A DNA stretch of 64,000 nt from Fibrobacteria bacterium (GTDB taxonomy: Bacteria; Fibrobacterota; Fibrobacteria; UBA11236), in contig JAYTSD010000044.1 of the NCBI GenBank assembly GCA_043745805.1, forward strand, positions 40,537 through 104,536, written 5' to 3'. The position numbers and the translations under genes are program-made. Position 1 is the first letter of the stretch. Each line of letters begins with the position of its first letter. A model generated the notes under the pieces. That model was not told the DNA's origin and did no database searches. It saw only the letters and a program-made list of their open reading frames with translations. Shown here piece after piece: positions 1 to 9,481 of the stretch.

Positions 1-1665
1 TTAGCTGCGGGACAATTAGGCATCAATATTAATTTGGCTGAACAAGGCGGAAGCTTTGTCGATATGGTCAAAGAAAATTATCACTGGTCAAGTATAGGTG
101 GAACCGAATTAACTATCTCACAAGTGGATACAAATGGCTGGCCCAAAAGTGATGCCATATTTGGAATGGATTATCGTCCTGTAGCCGAATGGGCCGGGCA
201 AATTGATGATCCAGAAAAATACCGCCTCGATCTTTCTGGCATCTATAAATGTGATTTCAATGGCAAAGCAACGGTAGTCGCTACTTCAGGAGCTACTGTT
301 CAAAATATTTTATATGATTCTGCGAGTAATCGCAGCACCTTCGATTTTATTATGGACACTCCCGCAGCAAATTATGGATTTGTTCAATTGCGATTTACCA
401 ATACTCGTCGAACCTCACAAGCTACTTTGGGTTCTGGTTTAACGGGATTACGTATGTATCGCCCAGGTTACCCATTAAATTCCTCCAAGATATTCACCGA
501 TGCTTTTTTAGCCGCTCTTGTAGGTGTAAATTTTTCGGCGATTCGGTTTATGAATTTTCTCGCCTCCAATGAGAGGGAACCCACATATCCTGCTATTATC
601 GAATGGTCACGGCGAAAAACACCGCACGATGCTTCACAGGTTCCACTTGCCGTATTAGACCGCAATGAAGGTGCCGCTTGGGAATATGTAATACAACTTG
701 CCAACCAATCGCACAAAGATGCATGGATCAATATTCCAGTTGCAGCAACTTCAGATTATGTACATCAGCTCGCTAAGCTTTTAAAAGATAGTTTGAATCC
801 TAGCTTAAACATTTATGTGGAAAGCGGTAATGAAGTTTGGAATAGTGGTTTTATTCAACAGGCCTACAACAAAGCTCAGGCTAAGGCCTTGGGCATAGAT
901 GAACAAAATAATCATGCTCGTCGCACCGTGGAATTAGCCAAATTATTTCAAGACATATTCGGGACAGGCACCTTAAACCATCGTATTCGCATAGTATTAT
1001 GCAGCCATGCTCCAATGTTGAAATGGTGGTTAGAACCGATGTTACAGTATGTGCAAAAAACATTTGGGACCCCAGCTGATTTTATTTATGCTATTAGTTG
1101 CCAAGGTTATTTCGATCTCCCTGCCGTCGCAGGACAAAGCATTCCCGATATTCTTTCTGCGGCGCGTGCAAGCATTACATCACAATTAGATGAAACCGGA
1201 AGCGTAAATGAGGCGGGCCGAAAACAATGGATAGCCAAAGCGAAAGCTTGGAGTTTTTCCGGAGGATTTATGATTTACGAAGGAGGTCCTTCCGAGGCAA
1301 TTGGTAATGTTACCAATGTAGCCAATCGTATTAATGCACAAAGAGATTCGGGAATGGGTGAATTAATAAAATATAATTATGGAGCTGGCTTTCTTGATTT
1401 AGGCGGCACTTTGGCCATGCAATTCACTCTCAGTAGTGGCTTTACACGTTACGGGTGTTGGGGACTCACAGATGATATAACAAAACCTAATCGCAATTTT
1501 AAATATCGTGCCATGCAAGCCTTGGCAGGTAGTTCAGTCGGAATTGTACCTAAAGCTAAAATCAAATCGCCTAGTAATCCTTCAAAATGGACGGGCGAAC
1601 ATGGGTTTCAATTATTTTATTGGGGTTGGCGAGATTTATTAGGTAAGAAGTTTTTAAACGATTGA
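1..1665 (+). CDS. Secreted protein, putative glycoside-hydrolase-like (beta/alpha)8 enzyme; 5'-truncated by the window edge
   Basis: Frame is open from base 1 (LAAGQLGININLAEQGG). Motifs YVESGNEVWN and IYEGG resemble clan GH-A acid/base and nucleophile contexts; C-terminal WRDLLGKK resembles a sorting tail. Confidence 0.6.
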   Translation, partial: LAAGQLGININLAEQGGSFVDMVKENYHWSSIGGTELTISQVDTNGWPKSDAIFGMDYRPVAEWAGQIDDPEKYRLDLSGIYKCDFNGKATVVATSGATVQNILYDSASNRSTFDFIMDTPAANYGFVQLRFTNTRRTSQATLGSGLTGLRMYRPGYPLNSSKIFTDAFLAALVGVNFSAIRFMNFLASNEREPTYPAIIEWSRRKTPHDASQVPLAVLDRNEGAAWEYVIQLANQSHKDAWINIPVAATSDYVHQLAKLLKDSLNPSLNIYVESGNEVWNSGFIQQAYNKAQAKALGIDEQNNHARRTVELAKLFQDIFGTGTLNHRIRIVLCSHAPMLKWWLEPMLQYVQKTFGTPADFIYAISCQGYFDLPAVAGQSIPDILSAARASITSQLDETGSVNEAGRKQWIAKAKAWSFSGGFMIYEGGPSEAIGNVTNVANRINAQRDSGMGELIKYNYGAGFLDLGGTLAMQFTLSSGFTRYGCWGLTDDITKPNRNFKYRAMQALAGSSVGIVPKAKIKSPSNPSKWTGEHGFQLFYWGWRDLLGKKFLND

Positions 1666-1677
1666 AAATAGCGGGAT

Positions 1678-1704
1678 AAAAAAAGGGCCTCATTTGAAGC
1701 CCTT
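1678..1704 (-). terminator. Intrinsic terminator between convergent genes
   Basis: Minus strand AAGGGCTTCA-AA-TGAGGCCCTT followed by a T run. Confidence 0.7.
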
Positions 1705-1735
1705 GTAATTGGATGTAAAAGGTTTTTCTGTAAAG

Positions 1736-4168
1736 TTATAATGACTTCAAGAAAGAAATTAATGCCGCTGCATCGGTAGTGGACATGGCATTAAAAGCGT
1801 TGGCTGCCTTTTCACCTTCGCCTCCATGCCATTTTATCGCTTCGGAAAGTGTTCTTGCACGACCATCATGCAAATACGCTTCACCACTGCTTACACCTGC
1901 AGTATAGCCAATATTCCATAGGGGTGCTGTACGCCATTCTGCTCCAGAAGCATCGCCTTCAGGAAGATTATCAGCTAAACCAGGACCCATATCATGAAGT
2001 AATAGATCAGTATAAGGATGAATAGTTTGATTACGTACTTCGGCCTTAGGATGAAAAGCACCCGTAACAAAAGTTGGCGTATGACAAGCCGTACAGCCGG
2101 CACTGGCAAATAATTCTTCACCATGTATGTTTATTGGATTTTTATAATCGTTGCGAATACTAATTCCAAGCAAGGAAACATAATCCACTAAATGCGAGAA
2201 ATTTGTATCTAATACTTCCGATCCCGTAGAACCGCAATTAGTTTGTGCGGAACCGCAATCATGATTTGGATATATTGCCGTGGCTACACCCATATCCGTA
2301 TTTAAAGCTCCCGCAGTTTGTGCCGCTACCGATTGTTTTCCCGCCTTCCAACCAAATCGACCTAAGTGAGGAGTTCCTCCATCATAATCCATTACAATAC
2401 GCATACGGCCTGATATGCCATCTTTATTGCTATCATCAGGATCTGCTAAAGCTTGTATATCTGATTCCGCTACGGCCTCTAAAAGGCCCATACCTACTAA
2501 TTGGGGAGTAATTCTTGCAGAATATTGCGTAGGAATATTTGCGCCCGTAAAAGCGTAAATAGGCTTCCTTAAGCCATTAGCTTCCGTGGTCCATCCACTA
2601 ATATTTACTGAACCCTCACTCATTCCACCCGCAACCATTTTAGGTTGTAAAACTGCTCCCAATTTGGGATGAGGATTGCCATTTCCATCACCAACCTTAA
2701 CCACATATTGTGATAATTCTGTACCGACGGCCGGAGGTAACGCTCTTCCATTATTGACATGACAGCCCGCACAAGAGGTATTCACAAAATTTGGGCCAGC
2801 TTTTCCCTTTACATCAGGAAAGGAATCATTGCGTGGCTCATCATGTAAACCGGTTACAAAATCTGAATGAAATACACGGCGACCCTTCATAAAATTTTGT
2901 CCATTTAAAGGTGATGTATTAGGCGCCATTTGAATGAAATGATAAAGGGGTTCATTAGACATTTGTTTAGGTAAGGTCATCCATCCGCCTTCCCAAGCAA
3001 TCTTTTCGGCTGGCCAGGAATCTTGAGCTAGAGGGGATTGATCTGTAGCCGCTCCATGATTTTCCCATGGAATCATACCGGTTTGCCCTACAATATAAAG
3101 CACCACCGTTCCGTAATAATTAAACTTTTCCCCCTCAGGTAACTTAGTCGTAAATTGGCTGACTTCGATTTCCATTTTGTCACCAATTTTGAGCGGTCGT
3201 TTTTCCTTGGCATTAATCGTTACCACTTTTGTGTAACTTAAACTATCCGGTAAATTTCTCACCGCCATATCATTATTGTAGTATTGGGCTAAGGTACCCT
3301 CTCCTTGGTAAAAGGTGCGCACGTCTCGGGTGGACAATACAAATTGAGTTCTTACATTGATGATCACTTCTTTTCCACCTTTAGCCACCTTATCCACAAT
3401 TTCCACGGCTGCGGTGCGATGTATCCAATAATGGCTTAAATAATGATCATAAATATGGAACATGAATTCGCGTGCATGGCGATCACGTCCTCTATCGTCA
3501 AAGCGAGTTATCAATGCGGTATCCGTTTCGAAAACGGTTTCCGGTTGTAACTGTGTGGATTGATCATAAAGTGGCACTAAGGCTATTTTAGTGAAATCCA
3601 AGGAAAGTGTGGTGCCATCGGGAATTTGATAGACTTGGCTCGAGTAACCGGATTTGCTACACGTAACGCCTATGTTTCCACTGACTGCGGCCGATTTAAG
3701 TAAGGCGGAAGATTCTGTTTTATTAAGTGCTATGGTTTCAAAATGTAAACCTTCGCCCATGTTCATGATGCGTCCATTAAAATTGGAATGAGGCGCGGTA
3801 ATATTTACAAAAAACACGCCTTTATTCTGGCGAGGAAATTCCAATCTTTCACCCAAAGCAAGGCTTTGTTGAATAATGACATTTCCTCTCAAGTCGGCTA
3901 TAGTCAAAAATGCTTTTTCACCTTGTAAAAGAAAAATACGAGAAAAAGAACTTTGATTTTGTTTTTGCAATTTCGGATTAATGGACATAGGTGCACTGGT
4001 TAATACCAAAGATCCACTTCCATCTGAAATAGAAGGTAGCGAGCCTTTTTCTGAACAGGTTACCCCTGCAATACCCGCATTTTTGGAATCATGCAAAGTA
4101 AGGTGAATATCTGACCAACTCAATTGCTGGCCTATTAACAAGCCTAAAAATGCTGTTCTTATTTTCAT
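1736..4168 (-). CDS. Secreted di-heme oxidoreductase (DHOR / thiol oxidoreductase) family protein
   Basis: Two CxxCH motifs (CAGCH, CTACH); GRFGWKA, PYTDLLLHDMG, WRTAPLW, YLHDGRARTL; signal peptide. Confidence 0.85.
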   Translation of the reverse strand: MKIRTAFLGLLIGQQLSWSDIHLTLHDSKNAGIAGVTCSEKGSLPSISDGSGSLVLTSAPMSINPKLQKQNQSSFSRIFLLQGEKAFLTIADLRGNVIIQQSLALGERLEFPRQNKGVFFVNITAPHSNFNGRIMNMGEGLHFETIALNKTESSALLKSAAVSGNIGVTCSKSGYSSQVYQIPDGTTLSLDFTKIALVPLYDQSTQLQPETVFETDTALITRFDDRGRDRHAREFMFHIYDHYLSHYWIHRTAAVEIVDKVAKGGKEVIINVRTQFVLSTRDVRTFYQGEGTLAQYYNNDMAVRNLPDSLSYTKVVTINAKEKRPLKIGDKMEIEVSQFTTKLPEGEKFNYYGTVVLYIVGQTGMIPWENHGAATDQSPLAQDSWPAEKIAWEGGWMTLPKQMSNEPLYHFIQMAPNTSPLNGQNFMKGRRVFHSDFVTGLHDEPRNDSFPDVKGKAGPNFVNTSCAGCHVNNGRALPPAVGTELSQYVVKVGDGNGNPHPKLGAVLQPKMVAGGMSEGSVNISGWTTEANGLRKPIYAFTGANIPTQYSARITPQLVGMGLLEAVAESDIQALADPDDSNKDGISGRMRIVMDYDGGTPHLGRFGWKAGKQSVAAQTAGALNTDMGVATAIYPNHDCGSAQTNCGSTGSEVLDTNFSHLVDYVSLLGISIRNDYKNPINIHGEELFASAGCTACHTPTFVTGAFHPKAEVRNQTIHPYTDLLLHDMGPGLADNLPEGDASGAEWRTAPLWNIGYTAGVSSGEAYLHDGRARTLSEAIKWHGGEGEKAANAFNAMSTTDAAALISFLKSL

Positions 4169-4204
4169 CGATTCCCCCGAATCTTATTATTTAAAGCCCC
4201 TAAA

Positions 4205-4223
4205 ATTCATATCAGATATGAAT
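4205..4223. promoter_or_regulatory. Perfect 9-1-9 palindrome, candidate operator
   Basis: ATTCATATC-A-GATATGAAT just upstream of the DHOR start. Confidence 0.4.
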
Positions 4224-4420
4224 ACACCTGATATTGGATTTAAAAGTCCTAGCCAATTTCATTACCTTGGAATATAGAGGCCATTTTAAAGATACGCTTG
4301 ACGAAACGACTCATTCTTGGATGTAAAGTAGAATCTCGACAATTCCACTTATACTACTTTTTTGAGTATTCACTTAAAATGTTCAATACTATTGTGTACC
4401 CAAGGTATTTTATTTCGCTC

Positions 4421-5926
4421 TTACGGTAATAACAAAGACTGTATCCATTGCCCTTGATCGTTTTTAATCTGCACCCAAAGCAAGCCACTAGGCATATTTG
4501 CTAGCGATATTTTTTGTTCAGCATTTATGAAGCTTGCTGTTTCATTGGGAATGATTTTTCCGGCACTATTATAAAATGTTAATTGCAAAGAATTTAAACT
4601 TTTGTTTTTTTGCTTAAAATCCTCTAACAAATACAAATTCTTTCCCACCACTCTAAATTGAACAGCTGCATTAATCATTGTGTTCTTTTTATAAACACCA
4701 GATAACCCTTTTACAAATTTTATTTCCGGTGGATATTGAAAAGCATTATAAGCCTCAGCTATGCCTGCTGTATCTTGCACACTACGGTTGGCAATCAAAA
4801 ATCGATAATGCAAAGGTAGGCTTTTTCCTGCAGGAACGGTTGCATTAAAGAAAACTCCAAAACGCCCATAATTTCGCGTAGGAAATTCAACTGGTTTTGG
4901 ATTAGAAATATTGTCCATTACTATAGCTAAATATTTAACTCCTCTTACGGGAAAAAGCTGGGTAAGCCAATGACCCGTTCCTGTATAGGTTCCACCAGTT
5001 CTTAAAACTCCATCTTGGGTAAAATGATGGGCATTTAATAGCGAGTCATCACGATTATCATAAACTTCATTGGCAGCCGAAAATTGCATGCCCGCATGAG
5101 CATTTTCACCTCCGAGAGTAAAACTTTTTCCATTAGGTTCGGTTAATTTAAAATGAAGATCTAAAAGTGTTACCCCAGGTTTAATCCACCAAGCTTCAAC
5201 CACTCTGGTTTCTACTAGTTCTTCCACTTTATTATGTTGCCAAGAAATATCTACTGCCACTCGTGAAAAAACGGGGCCCATAACCGCAACACTTGTATCA
5301 TACGATTTATGAATTTGTACGGTGCCACCACCATCCGTCCAATAACCATGGCCATTAATATCCCACCCCATAAAAATTCCGCGTTGATGAGGATAATTTC
5401 CATCTCCTCCCTTGGTGATATATTTTCCATCGCTGCCATACACATGATTAAATGGTCGACGAGTTTCCCCATAAAAATTTGGGTCATAAATATCTTGATA
5501 TCGATACACTGGCCTATTTCCATGTAGAATATCTATTCCCGAATCCACTTTTGAGATTTTAAATATTTCTTGTGGGGAGCTTGAGGAATTAGTTGAAATG
5601 GTTAATTGATAGTTATAGTTTTTTTGGGGGAGTAATGATTCTTCCATCCACATTACATTTACTTTTCCCGCATCATTTTTGGACCAAAGTATTTGTACGG
5701 ATTTATTAACATTTTCACCTAAAAGTTTTAATTGTCCATATAAAGGCGTTCCTGCTTTAGGTATAGCAGGATCAAAGTTTGCAGCGGGTATCTCAACAAG
5801 CATAGCCTGATATTTACGTGGTAAACTATCGGTTGTAGTCGAAAGTGTCCAATCCCAACTTTGAGAAAAAACGCTATTGGTAAACAAAAAAATCCCTATA
5901 AACCATGAGTGCATTCTCATTTTCAT
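4421..5926 (-). CDS. Secreted DUF6807 ('PmoA-like') beta-sandwich protein with CTD-like tail
   Basis: RPFNHVY, YPHQRGIFMGW, DNISNP, RNYGRFG; signal peptide; C-terminal FYNSAGK...PSGLLWVQI. Confidence 0.65.
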   Translation of the reverse strand: MKMRMHSWFIGIFLFTNSVFSQSWDWTLSTTTDSLPRKYQAMLVEIPAANFDPAIPKAGTPLYGQLKLLGENVNKSVQILWSKNDAGKVNVMWMEESLLPQKNYNYQLTISTNSSSSPQEIFKISKVDSGIDILHGNRPVYRYQDIYDPNFYGETRRPFNHVYGSDGKYITKGGDGNYPHQRGIFMGWDINGHGYWTDGGGTVQIHKSYDTSVAVMGPVFSRVAVDISWQHNKVEELVETRVVEAWWIKPGVTLLDLHFKLTEPNGKSFTLGGENAHAGMQFSAANEVYDNRDDSLLNAHHFTQDGVLRTGGTYTGTGHWLTQLFPVRGVKYLAIVMDNISNPKPVEFPTRNYGRFGVFFNATVPAGKSLPLHYRFLIANRSVQDTAGIAEAYNAFQYPPEIKFVKGLSGVYKKNTMINAAVQFRVVGKNLYLLEDFKQKNKSLNSLQLTFYNSAGKIIPNETASFINAEQKISLANMPSGLLWVQIKNDQGQWIQSLLLP

Positions 5927-6033
5927 CCCCTTGAATTTCTAATTACGCTTATCGCTTAGATCTACTTTAAGGTCAAATGAAAATTCGCACAGGCTAAATT
6001 TTAATAAAGTTCTTTTTGTTTTATTGCGAAACC

Positions 6034-6065
6034 AAAAAAGGGTTAAGCTTTAAGCCTAACCCTTT
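6034..6065 (-). terminator. Intrinsic terminator
   Basis: Minus strand AAAGGGTTAGGCT-TAA-AGCTTAACCCTTT followed by Ts. Confidence 0.75.
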
Positions 6066-6100
6066 ATATAAAAATGACTAATAAAGACTTTTTCCTTAAA

Positions 6101-7564
6101 TTACTTAACCACTCTCATCATTAATAATTGTCCTCTTTCTACTAATTCCACATCAGGATTGACACTGTGGGCCTGAACGTCTAATAAAAAATATCTATAT
6201 GTGGCAGTATCATAACCTGCAACACCAGAGAACATGTCCGACACTTCAATAACACCCGAGGATTCTTCATCATTAGTATGAGGAGCAGTTGGAGGTATTA
6301 ATAAATCACCAAAACGTGCCACATCATGCTTTGCTAATAGTGATAAAGCATCAGATGTTGGATTGTAACTCCAAATTTTTCCATTATGTACATTTCCTCC
6401 AACGTCTTCTAACAAAATTACCTTACCTGATCCATCAACTGTAATATTATCAAACATTTGTCCGGCTTCTGTACCGTCCAGTAAAGCTTCAACAAATCCA
6501 CCAAGTAAAGGATTTGTTATATCTGCAAAAGTGAGCCGCCATAAACGGGAACGTCCAATTGTGGTACCAACTCCGTCCTTAACTTGATCCATTCTATCGG
6601 TAGTAACAAAATAAAAGCGATTAGGGTTTTGAGTATCCCAAGCGCCATCTTCAGGCCTTAAGAATTTAGTACCCGTTGTATCACCTGTGGCTACTAATGA
6701 GAACGGCGTTCCAGGAGTAGGAACTGAATCACGCACATCAACAGGATAACCATTAATGGCAATATTCATATTTTGTCCACCATTTAAACCTGCAGCGAAA
6801 GGACCGCTTTGATTGGTTTTAGTAGCACCATGAACAAAAACTTTTCCTGGAGTAGTATCATCCATACTAATAACAATGGTATTATCTTGAGCCGTTGGAC
6901 TGGCGACATTATTTTCCCAGCTGGCTGTTCCTAGATCAGGAAGCTGTATAGCACTGCCTGCAAATGGGCCTGTAACCATATGCGCAAAAGCTCTTCCGGT
7001 TAAACCGGCCTCTTCTCCATTCATGAAAATACGGCCGTCAAAATATCCTTTATCTGTACTGGCATTATAGAAAGCCGTTGGACTTGCAAGGTCGGCGGAA
7101 CAAAATCTATTAAAAGCTGTGATCCCAGGGGCCCAAGTGCCTGTAACTGCATTATAGAGATAAACCGTTTTTATTTGATCTTCACCGCGTAATACTTTTA
7201 AGTCGCTTTTACGTATACGGTACTTGGCAACAAAAGCGCCAATAGATCCATGAGCACGAACTATACCCTTGGTATTGGAAAGCTCATGATTCATTAATAA
7301 AGTCAAGGTTCCATCTCCATTGTCAAATGCACCTAGTCCATCGGGAATTCCAACCATGCGATAAACTGTGTCTGCAGGATTTGCTGGGTTATTCTTGCGA
7401 ACGGCATCACCGACTGTTAATAAAGAAGTGAATTCTACATTGGTACTTACGGGAGTTAAATAGGGAGTTTCCGAACTACTTGGGCCAGAAGCGGCATGGC
7501 CGCAAACAACTAACATCAGGCCTATAGGGAGGCCAAAGAAATAGTTTCTTAAATTTTTTTTCAT
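6101..7564 (-). CDS. PhoX/DUF839-like secreted alkaline phosphatase
   Basis: PDGLGA, LMNHE, NRFCSA, RPEDG, DNITVD, ESSG, DVQAH. Confidence 0.75.
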   Translation of the reverse strand: MKKNLRNYFFGLPIGLMLVVCGHAASGPSSSETPYLTPVSTNVEFTSLLTVGDAVRKNNPANPADTVYRMVGIPDGLGAFDNGDGTLTLLMNHELSNTKGIVRAHGSIGAFVAKYRIRKSDLKVLRGEDQIKTVYLYNAVTGTWAPGITAFNRFCSADLASPTAFYNASTDKGYFDGRIFMNGEEAGLTGRAFAHMVTGPFAGSAIQLPDLGTASWENNVASPTAQDNTIVISMDDTTPGKVFVHGATKTNQSGPFAAGLNGGQNMNIAINGYPVDVRDSVPTPGTPFSLVATGDTTGTKFLRPEDGAWDTQNPNRFYFVTTDRMDQVKDGVGTTIGRSRLWRLTFADITNPLLGGFVEALLDGTEAGQMFDNITVDGSGKVILLEDVGGNVHNGKIWSYNPTSDALSLLAKHDVARFGDLLIPPTAPHTNDEESSGVIEVSDMFSGVAGYDTATYRYFLLDVQAHSVNPDVELVERGQLLMMRVVK

Positions 7565-7903
7565 GAGGGTATCCTTTTGAAGAGTCTGAAGATTTTGCAG
7601 CGGCGATAAATTCTCACTGCCACTTAATCAAGGTACAGGCAAAATATTTCAAACTGATTTATACCATGATCTTATTTTGCTTCAATTAAATTGAGTATCG
7701 ATGTCTTTTTATCCAACTCTATCCTACACGCGGGTTTGGTGGTGGAAGCCAATCAGGAGTGCGCTCTGGCACATCTTGTTTGCACCTAGCAGACAATCCA
7801 CAAAAGTGGATAGATAAATTGAGCTTCAGGCTTTAAGCATTTTTGTAAAAGTTTAAAGCTGTTTATTTATTGCTAACTCCGAAAATACCATAGTAACTTC
7901 GGC

Positions 7904-9199
7904 TTAATTCATCTTTTTGATTTCTACTAAATGATACGTTAAGGTTTGCATATTCTGAGACATAGAGGTTGCATCCCAGTTAACATTTCCTTCAGTACCT
8001 ACAATTTGTTTACGCTGAAAACCGTCGAAAATGGCTTTGCGTTCATAATTTTGCAAACTTAATGAACCATTTCCTTTATCTTGCACAAAGAAAATCACCG
8101 GTACTTCCGGCGGTGCTAAAGTTTGATCTGTGGGATAAGAATTTGCATTGGCTGCCACTACATTATCACCCATTAAGTACAATTCCAATCGCATTCCATA
8201 AGTACCTTTAGCCCAAGCTTGATCAATAGGTACAGAAAATTCATAGATTTCCCGCATGACATCTTCGCCTTGACGATATGGAATAGCCGTTGCTTTTAAA
8301 AATGGCACATGAATATAGGCCGATGAATCTGTATTCATAATATCACTACTAACACTACTATTGCTTTTATCATCTTTACCTGCATACAGCAAATCTTTAG
8401 GATTGAATACCAATAAAACATTCCATTTTCCCGATGGCACAAATTTTATAATTAGAGCGCCTGTCGAATCGCGTCCAACGGTATCGGGAATGGTGGTAGA
8501 ACTATCCAAGTCCGCGGGTGTTAAATGCAAAGGTTTTAAAAAACGAAACCAAGTCCCTCCATTATTTTTACGGATCACTGCGTCTTCGGAAGGACCTTGT
8601 AATAAAGATTTGGAGGGTTCTGTGATATAATATGCATTATCCTTGCTATTGGGATAAAAGTGCGAAGTAATGGGACCATCATGAGAAAATACCGTGTCGC
8701 CATTGGCTAAAGGAATTGTGGAACGTACACGTAAAAAAGGCGACCAATTAACGACTACCCAATTATAATCACCCGTATCCTTGAGAGTAAAAGGATTACT
8801 AGTAGCAATGCGTTCGAGGCTAGCCGCTTTACAAAAATCAATATAATGAGAAGCCCAAGCAGGATTGCGTGCGGTACTTGAATCTAATTTATTATAATCA
8901 CCTATATCCTGAGAAAAAAGGGATAATGATCCCGATATATTAGACCATCCGCTGCCATTAGTAGTGAGATCTTTTGCCAAGGAAATATCCGAAACGGCTA
9001 CTTGGAAACTTTCAACACCTGAAATGCCACTAGGTGCTACTTTGGCTAAGGAATGATTACCGCCATTAATAGAAGGAATTAATTGTATGCGACCCGCTGA
9101 ACTGCTGCGGGATTCATTTCCCGTACTTGAATTGAAACAGCCGTTAAAGTCAAATACGAAAACACATCCTATTAATACAAATCCCCATCGGTTCAGCAT
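7904..9199 (-). CDS. Hypothetical lipoprotein
   Basis: 431-aa ORF with lipobox-like FNGC followed by a Ser-rich linker. Confidence 0.65.
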   Translation of the reverse strand: MLNRWGFVLIGCVFVFDFNGCFNSSTGNESRSSSAGRIQLIPSINGGNHSLAKVAPSGISGVESFQVAVSDISLAKDLTTNGSGWSNISGSLSLFSQDIGDYNKLDSSTARNPAWASHYIDFCKAASLERIATSNPFTLKDTGDYNWVVVNWSPFLRVRSTIPLANGDTVFSHDGPITSHFYPNSKDNAYYITEPSKSLLQGPSEDAVIRKNNGGTWFRFLKPLHLTPADLDSSTTIPDTVGRDSTGALIIKFVPSGKWNVLLVFNPKDLLYAGKDDKSNSSVSSDIMNTDSSAYIHVPFLKATAIPYRQGEDVMREIYEFSVPIDQAWAKGTYGMRLELYLMGDNVVAANANSYPTDQTLAPPEVPVIFFVQDKGNGSLSLQNYERKAIFDGFQRKQIVGTEGNVNWDATSMSQNMQTLTYHLVEIKKMN

Positions 9200-9285
9200 A
9201 AAAACCTCTTTGCATGTATACAGGAGATATTACGGGATGGTGTAAAAAAAGGAAACAAATATTTTTCCTTGGAAATTTTTATGAT

Positions 9286-9320
9286 AGCGCGAATAGCATG
9301 CAAATTATGCTATTCGCGCT
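9286..9320. repeat. Perfect 14-bp inverted repeat
   Basis: AGCGCGAATAGCAT-N7-ATGCTATTCGCGCT. Confidence 0.8.
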
Positions 9321-9423
9321 GATCTTATTGGGACGGATCTGTTAAGCCAAGGACTTCATTTTCGATTTTAGGGGTATTCGCTACGTTAACAGGTAAGGAA
9401 TCTGGGATTCGTTCTCGCAGTTA

Positions 9424-9464
9424 TTAATTGGTAGAGACGCGGGGCAACCGTCTCTACCAATTAA
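9424..9464. repeat. GTAG-type REP-like hairpin, possibly also the rhuM terminator
   Basis: TTAATTGGTAGAGACG-N9-CGTCTCTACCAATTAA. Confidence 0.65.
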
Positions 9465-9481
9465 ACACTAATACCTTCAGG

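Noticed and set aside
4421..5926. Methane monooxygenase (PmoA label)
   Set aside because: Soluble secreted protein with no TM core and no pmoC/pmoB; the family name is misleading
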